From Bdellovibrionales bacterium (GTDB lineage Bacteria > Bdellovibrionota > Bdellovibrionia > Bdellovibrionales > UBA1609): DNA of 64,000 bases. This document shows positions 10,771 through 22,025 of this stretch, piece by piece (position 1 is the stretch's first letter; each line of letters begins with the position of its first letter). The stretch spans positions 640,394 to 704,393 of the forward strand of contig CBDBIB010000003.1 in NCBI GenBank assembly GCA_965205945.1, in the 5' to 3' direction. The position numbers and the translations under genes are program-made. The notes under the pieces are model-generated. The model made no database searches. It had not been told where the DNA came from and was given only the letters and a program-made list of their open reading frames with translations.

Positions 10771-10989
10771 AGGTTTGCCTAGATCTGGATGTTTTAAAAT
10801 AAGACATTTAGATAATACCTTTCAGGTCGTATTAACCCATAAAGTTGATAGTCACAAGTTTAAAGGGTAAGGCACTTTTAACGTCTCTAAACTGCTTAGT
10901 CATCCTCTTCTTTTTTACAGTATGCCTAAACCCTGATCTTTTTATGCCCCTTTGTTCTTTAAAATTTAAATCACAGAGCTAGTGGCCTT

Positions 10990-11003
10990 ATGTGCAACAA
11001 CGC
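10990..11003 (-). repeat. Isolated copy of the GCGTTGTTGCACAT terminus of the 80-bp dispersed repeat (IS-end-like)
   Basis: ATGTGCAACAACGC is the reverse complement of the first 14 nt of the repeats at 32573 and 53754. Confidence 0.55.
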
Positions 11004-11482
11004 TCTCGAATTTTAAGTGGTTAAAAGCTTTAAAAAAAAATTGAATACTTATAGGCCTGCTTAGGAGTAAGGTCAATGTGTTCTTTAATAAGAAGTATAG
11101 TTTTAATATTAGTGATGTTTATATCTACGCAGTCTATAGCAAGTTAGCTTTATATAGGAAATAATACAAACAGTATTAAGAGTAGGAGTGAGTTCTTAAT
11201 ATCATTTAATGAAGAGGGAATTAACTTTGTAGGTTATTTAAAAAGTTCTTTGCTTGGGTTAAGCTTAAAGGGCGCAAGGTAAGTCTTACGTTCTTAAATA
11301 TATGGTCCAGAGTCTAGACCAAGTGAGAGCCTAATAAAACGCTACATAGCCTTAGTGTTGTGATAATGGGTTAATTAGCTTGAAAACTATAATTGCAACA
11401 CCAGGGCTTTAGGTTAATTTAGTCCATTTCGGTGTCATTAATAGGGGTTAATTCGCAAAGGGTTAAGGCTTTAGTAAAAATG

Positions 11483-11510
11483 TAAATATTTTTTCTGGTT
11501 CATCCGATGA
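11483..11510 (+). promoter_or_regulatory. Sigma28 (FliA)-like promoter upstream of the pilin gene
   Basis: TAAA-N16-TCCGATGA versus consensus TAAA-N15-GCCGATAA; same architecture at 47657. Confidence 0.55.
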
Positions 11511-11561
11511 ATAACAGTGTAGAATAAATTAAAAAATTAGAGTTTTTAAAGGAAAGGTGTG

Positions 11562-12104
11562 ATGAAGAATATAATATTAAAAAGGGGCTTTTCTCTTATA
11601 GAGTTAATGATGGTTATTGTGATTATCGGGTTTTTAGCAGGTGTTGGAATTCCTCAGTATCAGAAAGTTTTAATGAAAGCACGTCAGTCAGAAGCAAAAT
11701 CATTGCTAAGCGCTATGTACACTGCTCAAAAATCATTTTATTCAGAGTGGAATCAGTATTATGGAGATTTTAATGCTGTCGGCTATGGTTTAAAAGGTGA
11801 TTTGGGTTATCATGTAGGCTTTGGTTCAGCTGGTTTGCTTGGGCCTAAAATACACCCATCTACAACATACAGAGAAAGGCCGCCTGTTGTTAGGCTAGCC
11901 AGTGTATTTTGCTCTAATAATAGTGAAGCAGGATGTACAGTGATTAAGGCGAAAACAGTAGCTACTATTGCGGGAACAGAAGCCACTGAAAATAAATTTC
12001 TTTTTGGTGCAGCCGCAAATCTTGATGCTGACGCGGCTTTAGATAGATGGACTGTAAATGAGAATAAAATTTTTCAACAACAAGAGGACGACATAACTCA
12101 GTAA
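11562..12104 (+). CDS. pilA: Type IV major pilin
   Basis: Prepilin site RG|FSLIELMMVIVIIG, IPQYQK...KARQSEAK, C-terminal NLDAD..LDRWTV typical of Bdellovibrio/Myxococcus PilA; the ORF-track GTG start is at 11559. Confidence 0.88.
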   Translation: MKNIILKRGFSLIELMMVIVIIGFLAGVGIPQYQKVLMKARQSEAKSLLSAMYTAQKSFYSEWNQYYGDFNAVGYGLKGDLGYHVGFGSAGLLGPKIHPSTTYRERPPVVRLASVFCSNNSEAGCTVIKAKTVATIAGTEATENKFLFGAAANLDADAALDRWTVNENKIFQQQEDDITQ

Positions 12105-12365
12105 TATAGAGTTTTAGCAAGGGTGTGCTTTAATAAGGTTGGAGCATTATTGGTATATTTAAATTCATTCAGCCTTATAAGAACAGATCTTAAGTTTTTA
12201 TTTTTTAAAAGATTTATAGATTTTTTTATATAAAAATTCTATAAAATCGTTATATGAGATTATACTATGACTATAGGCTAAGGTTAGATTAAACAAGATT
12301 ATTCTTAGAATAATTTTTAGACGTTTGTAGGGTGTTTGAATTTTTAAAAGTTATTAAAATGAATT

Positions 12366-13037
12366 GTGTTACTAGCATCTATTAAAATATCTCTCGCATT
12401 TTTTTTTGGTGTATGCGTACTTTTTTTAAACCCTTTAAAGGACTTTAAAAAAAATACTAAAATACTGCCCCCCCCCAAAGGTGTAGAGTATTTTCATTTC
12501 GGATTTAAAGATAATGTTGCTGATTTTTTCTGGCTAAGCTTTATTCAAAATGCATTTGATTGTTCAAAGTATAAAGATCCTGAGCACAGATATTGTCCAA
12601 ATAGATGGGGTTATAGGACATTAAATGCAGCTAGTATTTTAGCACCTAAATTTAAGGCTTTGTACGAATTTGGAGCTGTGAAACTAACGGTGTTGCTGGA
12701 TGATCATAAAGGAGCAGTGGAGCTTTTTGAAAGAGGATTGGCTCATATAAAGGACAGTTGGATTATTAACTATAGGGCTGCATATTTATACTTAGAAGAG
12801 TTAAAAGATTTTAAAAGAGCAGGGCAGCTATTAGAGCAGGCAGCAGCCTTAGGCGCTCCATTTTGGACTAGATCTTTAGCGTCGCGAATGTATTATAAAT
12901 CAGGGCAGCTAGAGCTTAGTTACCGAGTTCTTAAAGACCTTTATAAAGAGGCATCAGACGGCTTTTGGAAAGATGATTTAAGAGGCAGAATGTTTCAAAT
13001 TGATAAAAAATTAAGAGATTCAAAGGTGTTGGAATAA
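12366..13037 (+). CDS. PilG-like TPR pilus accessory protein
   Basis: GF...ADFFWL..IQ, LAPKF...Y, A.ELFERG....W....AY.Y...KD...A pattern; directly downstream of pilA. Confidence 0.6.
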   Translation: MLLASIKISLAFFFGVCVLFLNPLKDFKKNTKILPPPKGVEYFHFGFKDNVADFFWLSFIQNAFDCSKYKDPEHRYCPNRWGYRTLNAASILAPKFKALYEFGAVKLTVLLDDHKGAVELFERGLAHIKDSWIINYRAAYLYLEELKDFKRAGQLLEQAAALGAPFWTRSLASRMYYKSGQLELSYRVLKDLYKEASDGFWKDDLRGRMFQIDKKLRDSKVLE

Positions 13038-13087
13038 AAACACAGTGGTGACCTTGACCATAGGGAGTTAATCCTCATATTTAATCC

Positions 13088-14173
13088 ATGTCTAAACGCG
13101 ATTTTTATGAAATTTTAGGTGTAGATCGTTCTGCAAATGTTGATGCTATTAAAAAAGCTTATAGAAAAAAGGCTTTTCAATATCATCCTGATAAAAACCC
13201 TGGTGATAAGGTTACTGAAGATAAATTTAAAGAGGCTGCTGAAGCCTATGAAGTTTTAAGTAATGCGGATAAGAAAGCTCGTTATGATGAGTATGGTCAT
13301 ACAGGTGTGGGTGGTGGAGGTTTTTACGAGACATCGGATATTTTTGAAAATTTCTCGGATATTTTTGGAGATTTTTTTTCTGGAGGAGGCCATCGTAGGC
13401 AAGGTTCTGCTAAGGCAAGGCCAAAAAGAGGGTCTGATTTAAGGTATCATTTAAATATTGATTTTAAGGACTCTTTAGAAGGGACTAAAACTACTATAAA
13501 CTATGAATCTGAAGAAGACTGTAGTCATTGCTCTGGAAAAGGTATCCAGCCTGGAAAGGAGGCGCAAACTTGTCAAACTTGTGCTGGTTCGGGTCAGGTT
13601 GTTCAAAGGCAGGGGCTTTTTACAATGGCAACTACCTGTCCAACTTGTAGAGGTGTAGGACAAATAGTTAAAGATCCATGCAGAAAATGTAATGGAGAAA
13701 AAAGAATTCAAAGATCTAAAAAATTAGAAGTTACTGTTCCTGCGGGAGTTGAAAATGGAAATCAACTTAGACTTTCTTCTGAAGGTGATGGTGGTCATTT
13801 AGGGGGCAGTAGAGGGGATCTTTATGTACTTATTCGAGTTGATGAACATAAAGATTATTATAGAGAAGGTTTAGACTTAGTGGGCAATATTAAAATCTCT
13901 TATTTGCAGTCCATTTTAGGTGCAGGCCTAGAGGTGAAGACTCTTAATAGCACCATTAAAGTTGAAATTCCGCCAGGAACTCAAAATGCAGATGAAATTC
14001 GTGTGAAGAAAGAAGGCTTTGTCTCTTTAAGAGGAAGAGCAAAAGGAAACTTAAGGTTTAAGGTGAAAGTTCAAATGCCAACGGCGCCAACAAAGCAGGA
14101 GATTAAGCTATTAAAAGAGATTGCTAAAGTAAAAGGTGAGAATGTAAATGAGAAATCTGGTTGGTTATTTTAA
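13088..14173 (+). CDS. dnaJ: Chaperone DnaJ
   Basis: J domain HPDKN, four CxxCxGxG-type zinc motifs, C-terminal domain. Confidence 0.97.
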   Translation: MSKRDFYEILGVDRSANVDAIKKAYRKKAFQYHPDKNPGDKVTEDKFKEAAEAYEVLSNADKKARYDEYGHTGVGGGGFYETSDIFENFSDIFGDFFSGGGHRRQGSAKARPKRGSDLRYHLNIDFKDSLEGTKTTINYESEEDCSHCSGKGIQPGKEAQTCQTCAGSGQVVQRQGLFTMATTCPTCRGVGQIVKDPCRKCNGEKRIQRSKKLEVTVPAGVENGNQLRLSSEGDGGHLGGSRGDLYVLIRVDEHKDYYREGLDLVGNIKISYLQSILGAGLEVKTLNSTIKVEIPPGTQNADEIRVKKEGFVSLRGRAKGNLRFKVKVQMPTAPTKQEIKLLKEIAKVKGENVNEKSGWLF

Positions 14174-14249
14174 AGCAACAACCTTGACGAATTGTAAATA
14201 AAGCACAAGCTATAACATATATAGAATTTAGATTTAGAGGAGAATTAAG

Positions 14250-16154
14250 ATGAGTAAAGTTATTGGAATAGATTTAGGAACAACAAATTCAGTTGTTGCA
14301 GTTATGGAGGGAGGAGTTCCTAAGGTTTTAGTTAATGAAGAAGGATCTAGAACAACGCCTTCAATTGTGGCTTTTACAAAAGATGGTGAAAAGCTAGTGG
14401 GTCAGGTTGCTAAAAGGCAGGCTGTGACAAACCCTGAAAACACAATATATTCAGCAAAGCGTTTTATTGGACGTAAGTATGATGATTTAAAAGATGAAAT
14501 TGAGCTCATGCCTTTTAAAGTCGTAGATAAGGGGGACTCTTGTGCTTTTGATGTTTGTGGTAAAATGTACTCGTCACAAGAGATAGCATCAAGTGTTTTA
14601 GGAAAACTTAAAAAAGTTGCTGAGGATTATTTAGGTCAAGAGGTTACAGGTGCCGTTATTACAGTGCCGGCATATTTTAATGATGCTCAAAGACAGGCAA
14701 CTAAAGATGCTGGTAAAATTGCAGGGCTTAAAGTTAAGCGTATTATAAATGAACCCACAGCGGCTGCTCTTGCATATGGCCTGGATAAGAAGAAGGATCA
14801 AAAAATTGTGATTTATGATCTTGGTGGTGGAACCTTTGATGTGTCCATCTTAGAAGTGGGGGATGATGTAGTAGAGGTTAAAGCTGCTAATGGAGACACT
14901 CTTTTAGGTGGTGATAATTTTGATATTGTTATTCTTGAGTGGTTAGTTAGTGAGTTTAAAAAAGATCAGGGAATAGATTTAAAAACTGATAAAATGGCTT
15001 TGCAAAGATTAAAAGAAACTGCAGAGAAAGCAAAAATTGAGCTTAGTACAGCTTTAGAAACAGATATAAACCTTCCATTTATTACAGCAGATCAGTCAGG
15101 TCCTAAGCATTTAAATATAAAACTTTCTCGATCTAAATTTGAGCAACTAACAGGTGATTTAGTTAAAAGAACTTTAGAGCCATGTAAGATCGCTTTAAAA
15201 GATTCAGGGCTTAGCTTGGCTGAAATTGATGAAGTTGTATTGGTTGGGGGTTCTACAAGAATTCCTGCTATTCAAAAAGTAGTTAAGGATTTCTTTAATA
15301 AAGAGCCTAATAAATCTGTAAATCCTGATGAAGTGGTTGCACTAGGTGCTGCTGTTCAAGGTGGTGTTTTAACAGGTGAGGTAAAAGATGTGCTTTTATT
15401 AGATGTGACACCATTGTCATTAGGTATTGAGACTTTAGGTGGTGTTTTTACAAAACTTATTGAGAAGAATACAACAATTCCTACAAAAAAATCACAAATT
15501 TTTTCAACAGCTGCAGACAATCAAACAAATGTTGATGTGCATGTTCTTCAGGGAGAAAGGGAGATGACTGTGGATAACAAATCTTTAGGACGTTTTGAGT
15601 TAGTGGGTATTCCTTCTGCTCCTAGAGGAGTGCCTCAGATTGAAGTGACATTTGATGTTGATGCAAATGGAATTATAAGTGTTTCTGCTAAGGATAAAGG
15701 AACGGGTAAAGAACAGGCTATTAAGATTACATCTAAATCTGGTTTATCAGAAGAAGAAATTGCTAAGATGGTTAAAGAAGCAGAGCTTCATGCTGAAGAA
15801 GATAAAAAGCGTAAAGATCTTGTTAATGCTAGAAATCAACTTGATAGTTTAGTGTATCAGCTTGAAAAACTGATATCTGATAATAAAGAAAAGCTTGCAT
15901 CAGACGAAGTGACTAAAGCAAAAGAAGCTATGGTTACAGCTAAAGAAACTTTGGCAAAAGAAGATGTTACTGTTGAAGACTATAATAGTGATATTGAAAG
16001 ACTTACAAATATTAGCCATACCTTAAGTACAGCTCTTTATGAGAGCCAAAAAAGCTCTGAAAAACCACCTACACCCAGTGGTGAAGGTGCCCCTTCACAA
16101 CAGGGTAGAGCAAAAGAGGATGTTATTGATGCAGACTTTAAAGATGTAAATTAA
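14250..16154 (+). CDS. dnaK: Chaperone DnaK
   Basis: [37 protein letters not shown] and C-terminal DADFKDV. Confidence 0.99.
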   Translation: MSKVIGIDLGTTNSVVAVMEGGVPKVLVNEEGSRTTPSIVAFTKDGEKLVGQVAKRQAVTNPENTIYSAKRFIGRKYDDLKDEIELMPFKVVDKGDSCAFDVCGKMYSSQEIASSVLGKLKKVAEDYLGQEVTGAVITVPAYFNDAQRQATKDAGKIAGLKVKRIINEPTAAALAYGLDKKKDQKIVIYDLGGGTFDVSILEVGDDVVEVKAANGDTLLGGDNFDIVILEWLVSEFKKDQGIDLKTDKMALQRLKETAEKAKIELSTALETDINLPFITADQSGPKHLNIKLSRSKFEQLTGDLVKRTLEPCKIALKDSGLSLAEIDEVVLVGGSTRIPAIQKVVKDFFNKEPNKSVNPDEVVALGAAVQGGVLTGEVKDVLLLDVTPLSLGIETLGGVFTKLIEKNTTIPTKKSQIFSTAADNQTNVDVHVLQGEREMTVDNKSLGRFELVGIPSAPRGVPQIEVTFDVDANGIISVSAKDKGTGKEQAIKITSKSGLSEEEIAKMVKEAELHAEEDKKRKDLVNARNQLDSLVYQLEKLISDNKEKLASDEVTKAKEAMVTAKETLAKEDVTVEDYNSDIERLTNISHTLSTALYESQKSSEKPPTPSGEGAPSQQGRAKEDVIDADFKDVN

Positions 16155-16181
16155 TTTTTAAAACTAAAGAGAACTGTATTT

Positions 16182-16214
16182 AAAAGGCAGAGCATTTAAG
16201 TGCCCTGCCTTTTT
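16182..16214. terminator. Rho-independent, probably bidirectional terminator after dnaK
   Basis: AAAAGGCAGAGCA-TTTAAG-TGCCCTGCCTTTTT hairpin with A and T tails. Confidence 0.8.
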
Positions 16215-16274
16215 CTGCGCTCAACAACAAAGATAAGATTTTTAGAGTCAACACATAAGCCATGTAAGTAAATC

Positions 16275-18326
16275 CTAAAGTTTTTTTGTTGAATGGTGGT
16301 AAAGATATTTCGTAGTCTCGTATAACCCACGCGCTAAACGATCAATTTTTTGTTGCTTAAGGGGTTTTTCTTTTGTGATATCAATTTTGTATGAATTTGT
16401 GCGATATGAATAAAGACCTTTTAATTTTTCAGGGGAACCTTTAGATATCCAATGATGGCTATGCAACCGCAGCTTTATGGGTGGTGAGAAATTACTAATA
16501 GTCATAGCAAAACGTTTAGAATCATACTGCTCATCAAAAAGATTTCGCCCAAGAGTGGTATTTTTATAAGTTTTTCCTGCTAGAGAAACAACACTTGGTA
16601 ATATATCTGGGGAGTAAGCAATTTTTGAAAATACTTGAGGCGGAATTTTTAAAGAGGGTGAGTAAAATAATAAAGGGACATGCATTATTGGTAGTCGAAA
16701 ATGTTTAAAGCCATCAGGTATAGATTTAGATGTGTAATGTGCAAGTCCATGATCAGCGTAGATTACAAAAAGGGTATTTTTAAAATAAGTTTCTTTTTTA
16801 GCAGCTTTAAAAAACTCGCTAAGTGAATAATCTAAGAATCTTAAAGAGTTAAATTCTTGGTTGTTTACAAAGCCATTGTCTTTAATCTGTTGAGCTGTTA
16901 AAGATTTAAGTTTAAAGTCTCTTTTTTTAGAAGGTATAGTATATGGCTTATGATATCCAGCTGTTTGTATAAAGGTAAATTGTTTTTTCTTAACAGGTTG
17001 TTTTTTTAAGAACTCATTAACTTTTGTAAAGAGCTCTAGATCAGAAATTCCCCAAACATTGGTTTTTCTAGATTTAAAATCTTTTTTTTCAAAGATAGTG
17101 ATGTTTTTAAGGCTTTGAGAAACAAAGCCTCGAATATTTCCCCAACTTGCGCTGCCTCCAATAAAATAAGATTTGTTATAATCAGTAAAAGCATTTGCTG
17201 CAGAGTATTGTTTTACTAATAAAGGGTTTCTTGAAGCTGTTTTTATTGAATTGACATCAGGAAGTCCTGTAAGAACACTAAAAATAGAGCGTGCTGTTCC
17301 AGTGCTGGCGACAAATGTGTTTTCAAAAAAAAGCCCTTGTGGAATTAATGAATTTAAAAAAGGAGTGCCATTAATTTTTTGTCCAAAATGTTGGAGTTTA
17401 AAAGCAGCAAGAGATTCCATCATAATGATCACTACATTCGGTGGCTTATCAAAAGCAAGGGTGGGTTTGATTGTTCGATTAAAATTTAAAGTGTCTTTAT
17501 TAGGAGATTCAACGTTTAAGTAGGCTGCAATTTCATCGTAATGACCTTTAACTTTTTTAAGATTGTAGGATTTTTCTTTAAAACTAAAAGTATCGTAAAA
17601 GTATAGGAGTGGGTTTATTCCAAGAGCGCAGATAAAATTATTAGAACTAAAGTGAGCATCGCTCCATCTAAGAGGGTACTGGGAGAGCTTTCCATGTCCG
17701 AGAAGAGCAAGTATGAAGAATAAAGGTAATATGATTTTAAAGGAAGTGTTAAAAATAGGTTCGCCGGAAACAAAAAGTTTTTCTGTAAAGATTATTTTAT
17801 TTAAAATGAAAAAAAATAAAACAAACGCAAGGAAAATTAAAGAAATAATAAAAGTTATGGGGTAGCTTTCACTAATCATTTGAAAACTAATGAGGGGGTT
17901 TTTAAGAAAAATAGTGGAAGAAGCATCAATTCTATTTTTTAAATAGTCATAATGGCCTAAGTCTATTAAGGAAAAAATACCGTAGGCGGTGAGTATTAAA
18001 GAAAAAGTTAATTTAAGAAAGGTTGTAGAATGTAGTTTTTTTGATAAAAACATTTTACGCCCTTTTTCTTTAAATAGGGCATTGACTAGTTTTAATGAAT
18101 ATCCAAAAAACCAAAAAGGTAGGCTTAGTAAAATTGCTGCTCTTATATCAAATTTAAAACCAATGTAGAAAGCCTTTCTAACTTCTTCTACGTTGTATGG
18201 AGTGTCATTTAAAGAGTCAAAGGTGAGAAAAAAAACAAGTCTAAATAAAACTGCTAGAACTAAAAAACAAAGGCAGAGTTTTAAAAAGCTTATAATTTCT
18301 TTAGAGATGAGTCTTCTTGGTGGCAT
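16275..18326 (-). CDS. LTA synthase family / sulfatase-like membrane protein
   Basis: Several N-terminal TM helices, PNVVIIMMESL, T-nucleophile segment STGTARS, HKPY and ADHG. Confidence 0.85.
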   Translation of the reverse strand: MPPRRLISKEIISFLKLCLCFLVLAVLFRLVFFLTFDSLNDTPYNVEEVRKAFYIGFKFDIRAAILLSLPFWFFGYSLKLVNALFKEKGRKMFLSKKLHSTTFLKLTFSLILTAYGIFSLIDLGHYDYLKNRIDASSTIFLKNPLISFQMISESYPITFIISLIFLAFVLFFFILNKIIFTEKLFVSGEPIFNTSFKIILPLFFILALLGHGKLSQYPLRWSDAHFSSNNFICALGINPLLYFYDTFSFKEKSYNLKKVKGHYDEIAAYLNVESPNKDTLNFNRTIKPTLAFDKPPNVVIIMMESLAAFKLQHFGQKINGTPFLNSLIPQGLFFENTFVASTGTARSIFSVLTGLPDVNSIKTASRNPLLVKQYSAANAFTDYNKSYFIGGSASWGNIRGFVSQSLKNITIFEKKDFKSRKTNVWGISDLELFTKVNEFLKKQPVKKKQFTFIQTAGYHKPYTIPSKKRDFKLKSLTAQQIKDNGFVNNQEFNSLRFLDYSLSEFFKAAKKETYFKNTLFVIYADHGLAHYTSKSIPDGFKHFRLPIMHVPLLFYSPSLKIPPQVFSKIAYSPDILPSVVSLAGKTYKNTTLGRNLFDEQYDSKRFAMTISNFSPPIKLRLHSHHWISKGSPEKLKGLYSYRTNSYKIDITKEKPLKQQKIDRLARGLYETTKYLYHHSTKKL

Positions 18327-18416
18327 ATGAAATTTTTATAGGATAAAAGGCCTAGAGCGGCAAGAATATTTATGAATGTTCTTTATCTTAAAAACTCGTT
18401 GTGTTAAATCCTTGCT

Positions 18417-19475
18417 ATGAGTGAATTAAGTGAAATAGTGATTCTTGGTGGTGTGTTTGCAGTCGGTTTAATAGGTTCAGGTATTTATTACTTTGCAAGG
18501 TTTTTCTTATTTAAGGATATGAGGCCAAATACTCAATTGTTGAAAAAAAAGGGAAACCCTAAGAAAGTAGACTCACTTTTTGAAGCTTTATCTAATTCAA
18601 GAAAAAGTATATGGCGTTTAGAAAGTGACTTACCCTTGGATTCTATTCAGGATTTAGAAGAGGCGTTGTATATAGCTGATCTAGGGCCTGATACGGTGGC
18701 ATTTTTAATAGAGCGAGTTCAAGAACAAATTAAGGGTGAAAAGTTTAGTTTAGATAAGATAAAAAATATTTTTAAGAGTGAAATGACTAAAATTTTTAAA
18801 GAGGATTTCTCAGCACAAAAAATATCAGCACTCATTAAAGAAAAACAAAGCTCTCCCCATGTTATAGCAATTGTAGGGGTAAACGGTGCAGGGAAAACAA
18901 CCACCATAGGAAAGTTAGCTTATAAATTCAGCCAAGAGGGGAAAAAAGTTATGATCGTAGCTGGTGATACTTTCAGGGCTGGAGCTGAAACACAGCTTAG
19001 TGTGTGGGCGGAAAAATCAAATACACTTATTTTTAAAGCATTGCCTCAAACAAAAGACCCTGGAGCGGTTGCTTTTCAAGCTTATGAGAAGGCTAAAAAA
19101 GAGGAGGTGGATATTTTGCTTATTGATACAGCTGGGAGGCTTCATACTCAGGATAATTTAATGCAAGAGCTTAAAAAAGTTAAAAGAGTTCTTAGTAAGC
19201 AGGACATTAAAGCTCCTCAAGATATTTGGATGATCCTTGATGCAAATATGGGCATGAATGTTCTTCATCAAACTAAGGTTTTTCATAAAACCTTAGGGTT
19301 GACGGGGGTAATTATGACAAAAGTGGAGGGGTCTGCTAAAGCTGGAATGGCCCTAGGGGTTAAGCAAAGCTTAGGAATTCCAATTTTAATGTTAGGAACT
19401 GGAGAAGGAATTAAAGATATTCGCTTATTTAATTCGCAGGATTTTGTAAGCTCTCTTGTAAGTTCAAAGCTTTAG
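18417..19475 (+). CDS. ftsY: SRP receptor FtsY with N-terminal TM anchor
   Basis: GVNGAGKTTTIGKLA, DTFRAGA, DTAGRLHT and TKVEGSAKAG. Confidence 0.93.
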   Translation: MSELSEIVILGGVFAVGLIGSGIYYFARFFLFKDMRPNTQLLKKKGNPKKVDSLFEALSNSRKSIWRLESDLPLDSIQDLEEALYIADLGPDTVAFLIERVQEQIKGEKFSLDKIKNIFKSEMTKIFKEDFSAQKISALIKEKQSSPHVIAIVGVNGAGKTTTIGKLAYKFSQEGKKVMIVAGDTFRAGAETQLSVWAEKSNTLIFKALPQTKDPGAVAFQAYEKAKKEEVDILLIDTAGRLHTQDNLMQELKKVKRVLSKQDIKAPQDIWMILDANMGMNVLHQTKVFHKTLGLTGVIMTKVEGSAKAGMALGVKQSLGIPILMLGTGEGIKDIRLFNSQDFVSSLVSSKL

Positions 19476-19551
19476 CAAGACTAAGGTGCGCTAAGAGTTG
19501 ACTGACTAATGGCGGCATTTTAAGGTGTCCTTTGACTGAAGGTGATAAAAG

Positions 19552-19857
19552 ATGACCTCAACAAAGAGCGCTAGAAATTTTGAACAGTACAACTTGTCAG
19601 TAGGTGGACATGCTCTAACTATATCTACAGACCAAGAGCAACAAAAAATGGATCTCATTGTTAAGAAGGCAAATGAGAAAATTCAAGGTTCTTTATTAAA
19701 GAACCATCCCTTTCAAAAATGTTTAATGATTGCACTGTTACAGGTGTGTGAAGAAAATATTGACCTTAAATCAGATATCCATGAAAAAGTTGATGGTCTT
19801 GAGCAAAAAGCAGAGCAGATTTTAAAAAAGTTTCAAAATTTTATATCTGAAGAGTAA
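19552..19857 (+). CDS. zapA: Cell division protein ZapA-like
   Basis: 101 aa, beta-hairpin plus coiled coil with ALxxxEE pattern; usual position upstream of 5-FTHF cyclo-ligase and rny. Confidence 0.6.
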   Translation: MTSTKSARNFEQYNLSVGGHALTISTDQEQQKMDLIVKKANEKIQGSLLKNHPFQKCLMIALLQVCEENIDLKSDIHEKVDGLEQKAEQILKKFQNFISEE

Positions 19858-19880
19858 AATCTAAAATCACCTTTTGTTGT

Positions 19881-20438
19881 TTGGAGTTTTTTGTGAACGA
19901 CTTAAGGCAAAAGAAAAATTTATTGCGCATGCAAGTAAAATCTTTAGATTGGGATGTTGAAGTTTCATTAAAACCTATAGTGGAGGATGAGGCTTTTCCA
20001 AAGGGTTTGTGGGGTGTATTTAAACCTTTAAGTGGTGAGCCAAGACTTAAAGATTTACCAGTTGATGTTGAATTTTGCTGGCCTTGCATTCTAGATTCTG
20101 CTTTAGGTAAGATGATTTTTTCTCGAGCCACGAGATTTAAAAAATCTGAATTGGGTTGTTTAGAGCCTTATGTTTGTAATGAAATTCCTAGAAAAAATAT
20201 TTCAGTAATTTTTGTCCCTGGGCAAAGCTTTGATTTTAAAGGAAATCGACTTGGCAGAGGAAAAGGGTTTTATGATCGGTATTTAAAAGGTTTTAATGGT
20301 GTGATTGTTGGAGTCTGTTCAAGGGCGAGGTTTTTAATGAAACCGGTTCCTGTTGAACAACGTTTAGATGTGCCTGTTCAGTACATATTAACTGAGCAGT
20401 TTTTGTATAAAGTGAATTCTTCTAGGAAGGTGGTGTAA
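19881..20438 (+). CDS. ygfA: 5-formyltetrahydrofolate cyclo-ligase (short N-terminus)
   Basis: IFVPGQSFDFKGNRLGRGKGFYDRYL and LDVPVQYILTE. Confidence 0.9.
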   Translation: MEFFVNDLRQKKNLLRMQVKSLDWDVEVSLKPIVEDEAFPKGLWGVFKPLSGEPRLKDLPVDVEFCWPCILDSALGKMIFSRATRFKKSELGCLEPYVCNEIPRKNISVIFVPGQSFDFKGNRLGRGKGFYDRYLKGFNGVIVGVCSRARFLMKPVPVEQRLDVPVQYILTEQFLYKVNSSRKVV

Positions 20439-20439
20439 A

Positions 20440-22011
20440 GTGAATATGATAATAGCCGGAGCTGCGTTAGTTGGTTTGGCCGTGGGTATTTTAGTTGCGT
20501 TAACAGTTAAGGTCATGGTTGATAATAAAGTTAAAAGAACAGCTGAACGTGAAGCTCAAAGAATTATTCAAAAAGCTAAAGCAAGGGCTTTTAAGATTGA
20601 GAAAGAGTCTATTAATAAAACTCAACAGTTAGAGAAGAAAGTAAAAAGAAGATCTGAAGAAGAAATTAAAAAAGAAAAAGAAAAAGTTAAAGACTTAGAG
20701 AGATCATATAATCAAAAATTTCAAAAAATTCAGGTTAAAGAAAAGTCTTTAAATGATAAAATCATTCAAAGAGAAAAACGTTTTGAGGTTAAAGAAAAAG
20801 AAGTTGAAAATAGAGAGCTTAGAACAGCTAAAAAGTATGAAGAGCTTGAAATTGTAAAAAAAGACTTTCAAGAAAAGCTTGAATCTGTTGGGGGAATGAC
20901 TCAAGACCAGGCTAAAAAAGAACTTGTTTCAACTCTTGAAGAAGAGGCTAAAAGAGATCTTGCAATAAGTATGACTGCCATTGAAGAAGAGGCTAGAGAA
21001 GATGCTGAGGCTAAAGCTAAGAGAATTATTAGCATAGCAATTGCAAGGTTTGCTGGTGGATATACTGCTGAAAAAACCACGAGTGTTTTACCACTTCCTT
21101 CAGAAGATATGAAGGGCAAGGTTATTGGTAAAGAGGGTCGTAATATTAGAGCTTTTGAAAGCCTTTGTGGTGTTGATTTGATTTTAGATGAGGTTCCTGA
21201 TTCAGTTGTGATTTCAGCATTTGACCCTGTAAGGCGTGAGGTTGCAAGGCGTGCGCTAGAGGTGCTTTTTGCAGATGGTAGGATTCATCCTGCCATGATT
21301 GAACAAGCCATTCATAAGGTAAAAAAAGAGTTGTTTAAATCTATTAGAGAAGATGGTGAGAAAGCATGTTTTGAACTTAGTGTAACCAATATACATAAAG
21401 ATATTATGGACCTAATAGGAAGTTTAAAATATAGACTTTCATATACACAGAATAATTATAGTCATTCTCTTGAAGTGGGCATGCTTTGTGGAATGATGGC
21501 GGCAGAACTTGGTGAAGATATTAAAGAAGCAAGGCGGGCAGGTTTATTGCATGATGTAGGTAAGGCTTTAGATCACTCTATTGAAGGAAGTCATGCTATT
21601 ATTGGTGCTGATTTTATTAAAAAACGTGGTGAGCAATCAAGAATTGTCCACGCAGTACGTGCTCATCACTATGAAGAAGAGCCGAGCACAATTTTAGCTC
21701 ATCTTGTGATTGCAGCAGATGCTATTTCTGGCGCAAGGCCTGGAGCAAGAAAATCAACTCAAGCAAATTATTTTAAACGCTTAGAAGATCTTGAAACTAT
21801 TGGTAATAGTTTTGATGGTGTTTTAAGAACATTTGCAATACAAGCTGGTAGAGAGATTAGAGTTATCGTGGACAGTGCTAAGGTTAATGATGAGCAGTCA
21901 GTAGTGCTTTCTAGAAATATTGCTCAAAAAATTACTAAAGAGATGAATTACCCAGGTCAAATTAAAGTGATTGTGGTTCGTGAAACTAAAGCCATTGAAC
22001 ACGCTAGGTAA
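20440..22011 (+). CDS. rny: Ribonuclease Y
   Basis: TM helix plus coiled coil, KH domain (MKGKVIGKEGRNIR), HD domain (LLHDVGK), DAISGARPGAR. Confidence 0.97.
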   Translation: MNMIIAGAALVGLAVGILVALTVKVMVDNKVKRTAEREAQRIIQKAKARAFKIEKESINKTQQLEKKVKRRSEEEIKKEKEKVKDLERSYNQKFQKIQVKEKSLNDKIIQREKRFEVKEKEVENRELRTAKKYEELEIVKKDFQEKLESVGGMTQDQAKKELVSTLEEEAKRDLAISMTAIEEEAREDAEAKAKRIISIAIARFAGGYTAEKTTSVLPLPSEDMKGKVIGKEGRNIRAFESLCGVDLILDEVPDSVVISAFDPVRREVARRALEVLFADGRIHPAMIEQAIHKVKKELFKSIREDGEKACFELSVTNIHKDIMDLIGSLKYRLSYTQNNYSHSLEVGMLCGMMAAELGEDIKEARRAGLLHDVGKALDHSIEGSHAIIGADFIKKRGEQSRIVHAVRAHHYEEEPSTILAHLVIAADAISGARPGARKSTQANYFKRLEDLETIGNSFDGVLRTFAIQAGREIRVIVDSAKVNDEQSVVLSRNIAQKITKEMNYPGQIKVIVVRETKAIEHAR

Positions 22012-22025
22012 GAGGATAATTGTAG

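Noticed and set aside
11380..11475. Possible c-di-GMP riboswitch upstream of pilA (CGCAAAG)
   Set aside because: The upstream GGCAAAC/GAAA tetraloop stem and the P3 pairing are missing; it also lies upstream of the predicted promoter.
13038..14250. CIRCE operator at dnaJ/dnaK
   Set aside because: No TTAGCACTC-N9-GAGTGCTAA match found.
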